NCBI RefSeq assembly: GCF_963921235.1
Contig: NC_086097.1
Location: 181,972,001-182,036,000 of the forward strand
DNA length: 64,000 nucleotides
Reading direction: 5' to 3'
DNA from: Mobula hypostoma
Taxonomy: Eukaryota
Program-made: the position numbers and the translations under genes
Shown here: piece after piece, positions 60,281 to 64,000 of the stretch
Numbering within the stretch: position 1 is the stretch's first letter
Layout: each line of letters opens with the position of its first letter
Notes under the pieces: model-generated
Databases searched by the model: none
What the model was told of the DNA's origin: nothing
The model's input: only the letters and a program-made list of their open reading frames with translations

Positions 60281-60460
60281 AGAGGTAGTGGGTAGTGGCT
60301 CCATATGTCACTACTACAGGGCATGACGACCCTGCCTTACATGAGTCCTGGGCTCAGCTGGCTCCGGCTGACAGTACCCGGTATGGGCCCCTATCCAGGG
60401 TTACGGATCCCACTGCCTTGTGGGTATCTTTGGGAGAAGAGAAGGCTAAGGAGTAAACCC
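60281..60460 (+). ncRNA. Candidate HDV-like self-cleaving ribozyme
   Basis: P1 AGAGGTA (60281-87) pairs with TATCTTT (60425-31). L3-like GCCTTGT, P1.1 GG, J4/2 GCTAA, and P2 3' GGAGTAAACCC partly pairing with GGGTTAC..TCC. Confidence 0.55.
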
Positions 60461-60688
60461 CACACAAATCCGGAGTGGAGCCCCTCATGTCACCTCCTGG
60501 TAGCTCCTGCAGCCAAGCAGATGCCAAATGTACTGCTTCGCATTCCTTTGGACCACACCTGCGAGGCCGAGAGGGGGATCTTGATATCTGGGCAGCCCAG
60601 GATCTCCATATTCATCGCCCAGGTCTGCGCCCCAGACGGGCGCATCCATTGTCTACTTAGACAGACGGAACCATGATGATGATGATGA
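60281..60688 (+). mobile_element. RTE-derived short non-autonomous element (5' UTR plus 3' end)
   Basis: 13-bp TSD TGTCTCTCTTCCT at 60268-60280 and 60689-60701, (ATG)n tail, RTE-like 3' stem ATTGTCTACTTAGACAG, and no tRNA head. Confidence 0.78.
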
Positions 60689-62454
60689 TGTCTCTCTTCC
60701 TCATTTAGGGTATGTGAAGTGTGATCATGGTTTTTGCTCTGCTGATTTTTGGAATGGTGCTAGTAGATGATCCATAGCTCAGATACAACACGTGTGGAAA
60801 CGTTTAAAATTATGAGGCATAGATAAGGCGGATGGTAGCAGTCTTTTTCCCTGGGTAGGTGAGTCCAAATTAAAGGGGCATAGATTTAGGGTGAGAGGGG
60901 AAAGATGTGAAAAGAACATAGCAATGTAGACTGGATGAATTCCCCTGTTGATAACTATTAGGGACTACAGTTTTATAGTAACATAGTAGTATTGGTAGTG
61001 TTCTGATTTTCATTTAAATACATAATTTGTTACTCAGTTTGTATTTTTTTATATACCTATTGATCTATTTCCATGAAACTTGTGCTAATTGTGGCAGTTG
61101 CTAATTGTGCCAAAATGTATTGGTCCCAATGTATCCCAAATAACTGGAATCCACTGTATTCTATTAATCGCACTTTTTCTGAATCTACGATCACTGCAAT
61201 CCACAACCTGTAATTTCCCTTTAGGAGTTGTACGGACGGTTCAAAAGCATAACTTGGCATTTTTGTGATATTCTGAAGTACGTTTGTATTTGGTGAACTG
61301 AACTCTGGAAAATTCAGCAGCTGCTGCAGCAGCCATTGCTGGAGTGGACTTGAGGCCAGATCAAAGTGGAAGGCTTGGCTGATTTAAGCGCCAACCAGAA
61401 TAAAAAGTTAAAAGCATCAAGGACAAGGTGAAGGATCAACTGGTTTCAGCTCACTACTCCATGAGGTTTATTCACCTCAGCACTGAATGGGCTCTGAGGA
61501 TGTGGCCTGCAGTCACTGGGCTCCTGGACCAGCTTCATTCACCTCAGCACTGAACTGGCTCCATGGCTGTGGACTCACTTTTGGGGTGTCTACAGCTAGT
61601 GTTTTCTGTGTTATTTGTTAACTTTTTTTATTCTTTGCATGATTTGTTCCTGTTTTGCACATTGGGTGTTTGACTGTCTGTTGTTGTGTGTATGTTTTTC
61701 TAATGGGTTCTATTGTGTTTTGTGGCTGCCTGCAAGAAGATAAACCTCAACGTTGTATGTAGTATTTACCCTGATTATAAATGTACTTTGACTTTTGAAA
61801 GGCAAATTTTCACATGGGGTGGTGAGGATAACGAATGAGCTGCCAGAGAAAGTGGTTGAGGCAGGTATAATCATATGATTGAAGAAATATTTGGTTAGGT
61901 ACATTTAGGGGCAGGGCTTAAAGCGATATTAGCCAAATGCAAGGTTGGGATTAGCTGGGTGGACACAATGGTCAGCATGGACTTCTCTGCTGAAGGGCCA
62001 GTATCCATGCTATATTGCTTGGAGACTCTATGACACAACTGTGTAAATCAGCACCTTGGACAGAGGTATTGTCCCATGAGTGTTAGAGAGGTGAGAAAGG
62101 ATAGTATTCACGGACATTGGAGGAGGTGGGGTAGGGGTGTAGGGCCTGGATGTGTATATCTATCTGAAACCAGGTCATCAACAGTGGGATTTCTCCAATA
62201 TCCTCAGGGCAACACCCATACTGTTCTCTAACCTCCAGCCCTGGTGTCAGTATTCTCTACATGTGGTGCTCTCTATCCTCTCCGCAGGACAGGCCTGTGT
62301 CCTTATTTTTCACTACTAGGTGACCACCTCCTCCATTGTCTATGTGTGATGTTTCCTAGTCCTCTTTTCTTGTTTGGGCTATCCTCTACCTTAACTATTT
62401 CGAAGATTTAAGGTCAGCTGGTATTTGTGCCTTGGTGCCTGTGCATTATTTCTT

Positions 62455-62680
62455 TTATATTTTATTTCAAGATGTAGCACAGTAACAGACCCCTTCCAAC
62501 CCAATGAGCCTGTGATGCCCAGTTGTACCCAAGTGACCAATTAATCTACTAACCTGTATGTCTTTGGAATGTGGAAGGAAACAGACTTGGTCACGGAAAG
62601 AATGTGCAAACTCCTTACAGACAGCGCTGCAGTTGAACCCAGGTTGCTGGTGCAGTAATAGTTTTACGCTACCTTACTGC
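62455..62680 (-). mobile_element. V-SINE
   Basis: Homologous to 43150-43400. Confidence 0.7.
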
Positions 62681-62934
62681 CCTCTCTCCCTGTAATCTCT
62701 TAAACTGCTGAAGGACTGCTTCTCCAGCATCCAATCCCATAGGTGCGACAGGCTCCTCCAACACGTAGTTGGGTAGGCTTGTGCTGTTACCCTTGCATCT
62801 TGCCATAAACTTGGCAGCAACCCAGTTGTACTTGACTAGTGTCTCAGGCTGAACCAGTCCGTTCTAACCTCAACTGACAATCTTCATTCTTTTATACACA
62901 GATTGATTCCATCCAGGTATATTCTTTCACCTAT

Positions 62935-63850
62935 CAAAATCAAGTTTAATATCATTGGCATGTGTCATGAAATTTGTTGTTTTGCAGCAGCAGTACATCG
63001 TCATACATAATAATAAAAAACTACAAATTGCAATAAGAAATAAATATACATAATTTCTTGTAATATATATAAATTAAATTAAATAACTAGTTAATAAAGA
63101 GAGCAAAAAAGAAAAAAATAAGATTTATCGTCCATTCAAAAGTCTGATGGCGGAGGGGAAAAAGCTGTTCCTGAAACAATGAATGTGTGTCTTCAGTCTT
63201 TTTGTGGCATCACCTTTTGAAGGTGTCCTCGATGCTGGGGAAGCTGGTGCTCATGATGGAGCTGGCTGTGTACAACTTTCTGCAGCTTTTTCCGACCCTG
63301 TGCAATGTCCCCTCCAGACAGTGACACAACCAATTAGAACCAGGTACATCAGTAGAAATTTGCACGTGTCTTTGGTGACATACCAAGTCTCCTCAAACTC
63401 CTAATGAAATAAGCAGCTGTCGTGCCTTCTTTGTCATTACATCAATATGCTGGGCCCAGGATAGATCCTCAGAGATGTTGACACCCAGGAACTTGAAACT
63501 GGTCACCACTTCAACTGTGATCATTCCATGAGGATTGGTGTGTGTTTCTAGAACTTCCCCTTCCTGAAGACCACAATCAATTCCTTGGTCTTACTGACAT
63601 TGAGTGTGAGGTTATTGTGACACTACTCAACCAGCTGATCTATTGCTCTCCTGTAGGCCTCCTCATCACCATCTGAAATGCTGTCAACAGTTTTGTCATT
63701 GGCAAATTTATAGGTGGCATTTGAGCTGTGTGTAGCCACACAGTTGTTGCTGTAGAGAGAGTAGAGCAGTGGGCTAAACACACATCTTTGAAGTACACCG
63801 GTGTTGATTGTCAGCGAGAAGGAGATATTATTTCTGATCTGCGCTGACTC
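62935..63850 (-). mobile_element. Rex1/Babar LINE 3' fragment
   Basis: CCCAGGAACTTGAAAC, GGCAAATTTATAGGTGGC and GAGCAGTGGGCTAA antisense motifs plus a 3' tail. Confidence 0.8.
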
Positions 63851-64000
63851 TGTTCATTCATCAGCCCATCCCTTTTCTTAGCCAAAGAGTGGTGATCTGA
63901 ACAGAGGTAGAACCCCTCATCATACTTATAAAATGCCTGAAGAAGCACTAGATACATAACATTAATGGCATTAGTTTCAAAACCAGATGCAATCATTGGG

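Noticed and set aside
60305..60676. 123-aa ORF spanning the RTE-derived element
   Set aside because: No recognisable domain. It lies within a GC-rich non-autonomous insertion and is likely chance.
1..64000. CRISPR array, tRNA/rRNA genes or prokaryotic operon
   Set aside because: No regularly spaced repeat-spacer array. tRNA-like motifs are SINE heads, and the content is eukaryotic TE-rich DNA.

Overview
Vertebrate nuclear DNA, almost certainly a cartilaginous fish (probably a ray or skate, inferred only from the repeat landscape: CR1, Rex1/Babar, Penelope/Neptune, V-SINE). Most of the window is nested transposable-element sequence, and nearly every ORF in the track is a TE fragment or its antisense shadow. 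No host gene could be named. A candidate + strand terminal exon (58917-~59185) and two weak micro-exon candidates suggest the window may be intronic. Many insertions were delimited by their target-site duplications (TSDs). Highlights: (i) Penelope-like elements carrying minimal type I hammerhead ribozymes, with 13-14 bp TSDs and unusual integration scars, including inverted capture of the target flank and an internal inverted segment; (ii) a 408-bp RTE-derived non-autonomous element with a candidate HDV-like ribozyme at its 5' end; (iii) a young L1 with a twin-priming 5' inversion; (iv) two Tigger-type MITEs resembling mammalian MER2 that appear to contain a captured SINE piece; (v) two non-autonomous Helitrons forming a 3.3-kb inverted repeat; (vi) a piggyBac MITE, a Tigger remnant with a ~400-bp palindrome, and solo LTRs. 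All family names come from motif recognition, not database searches.
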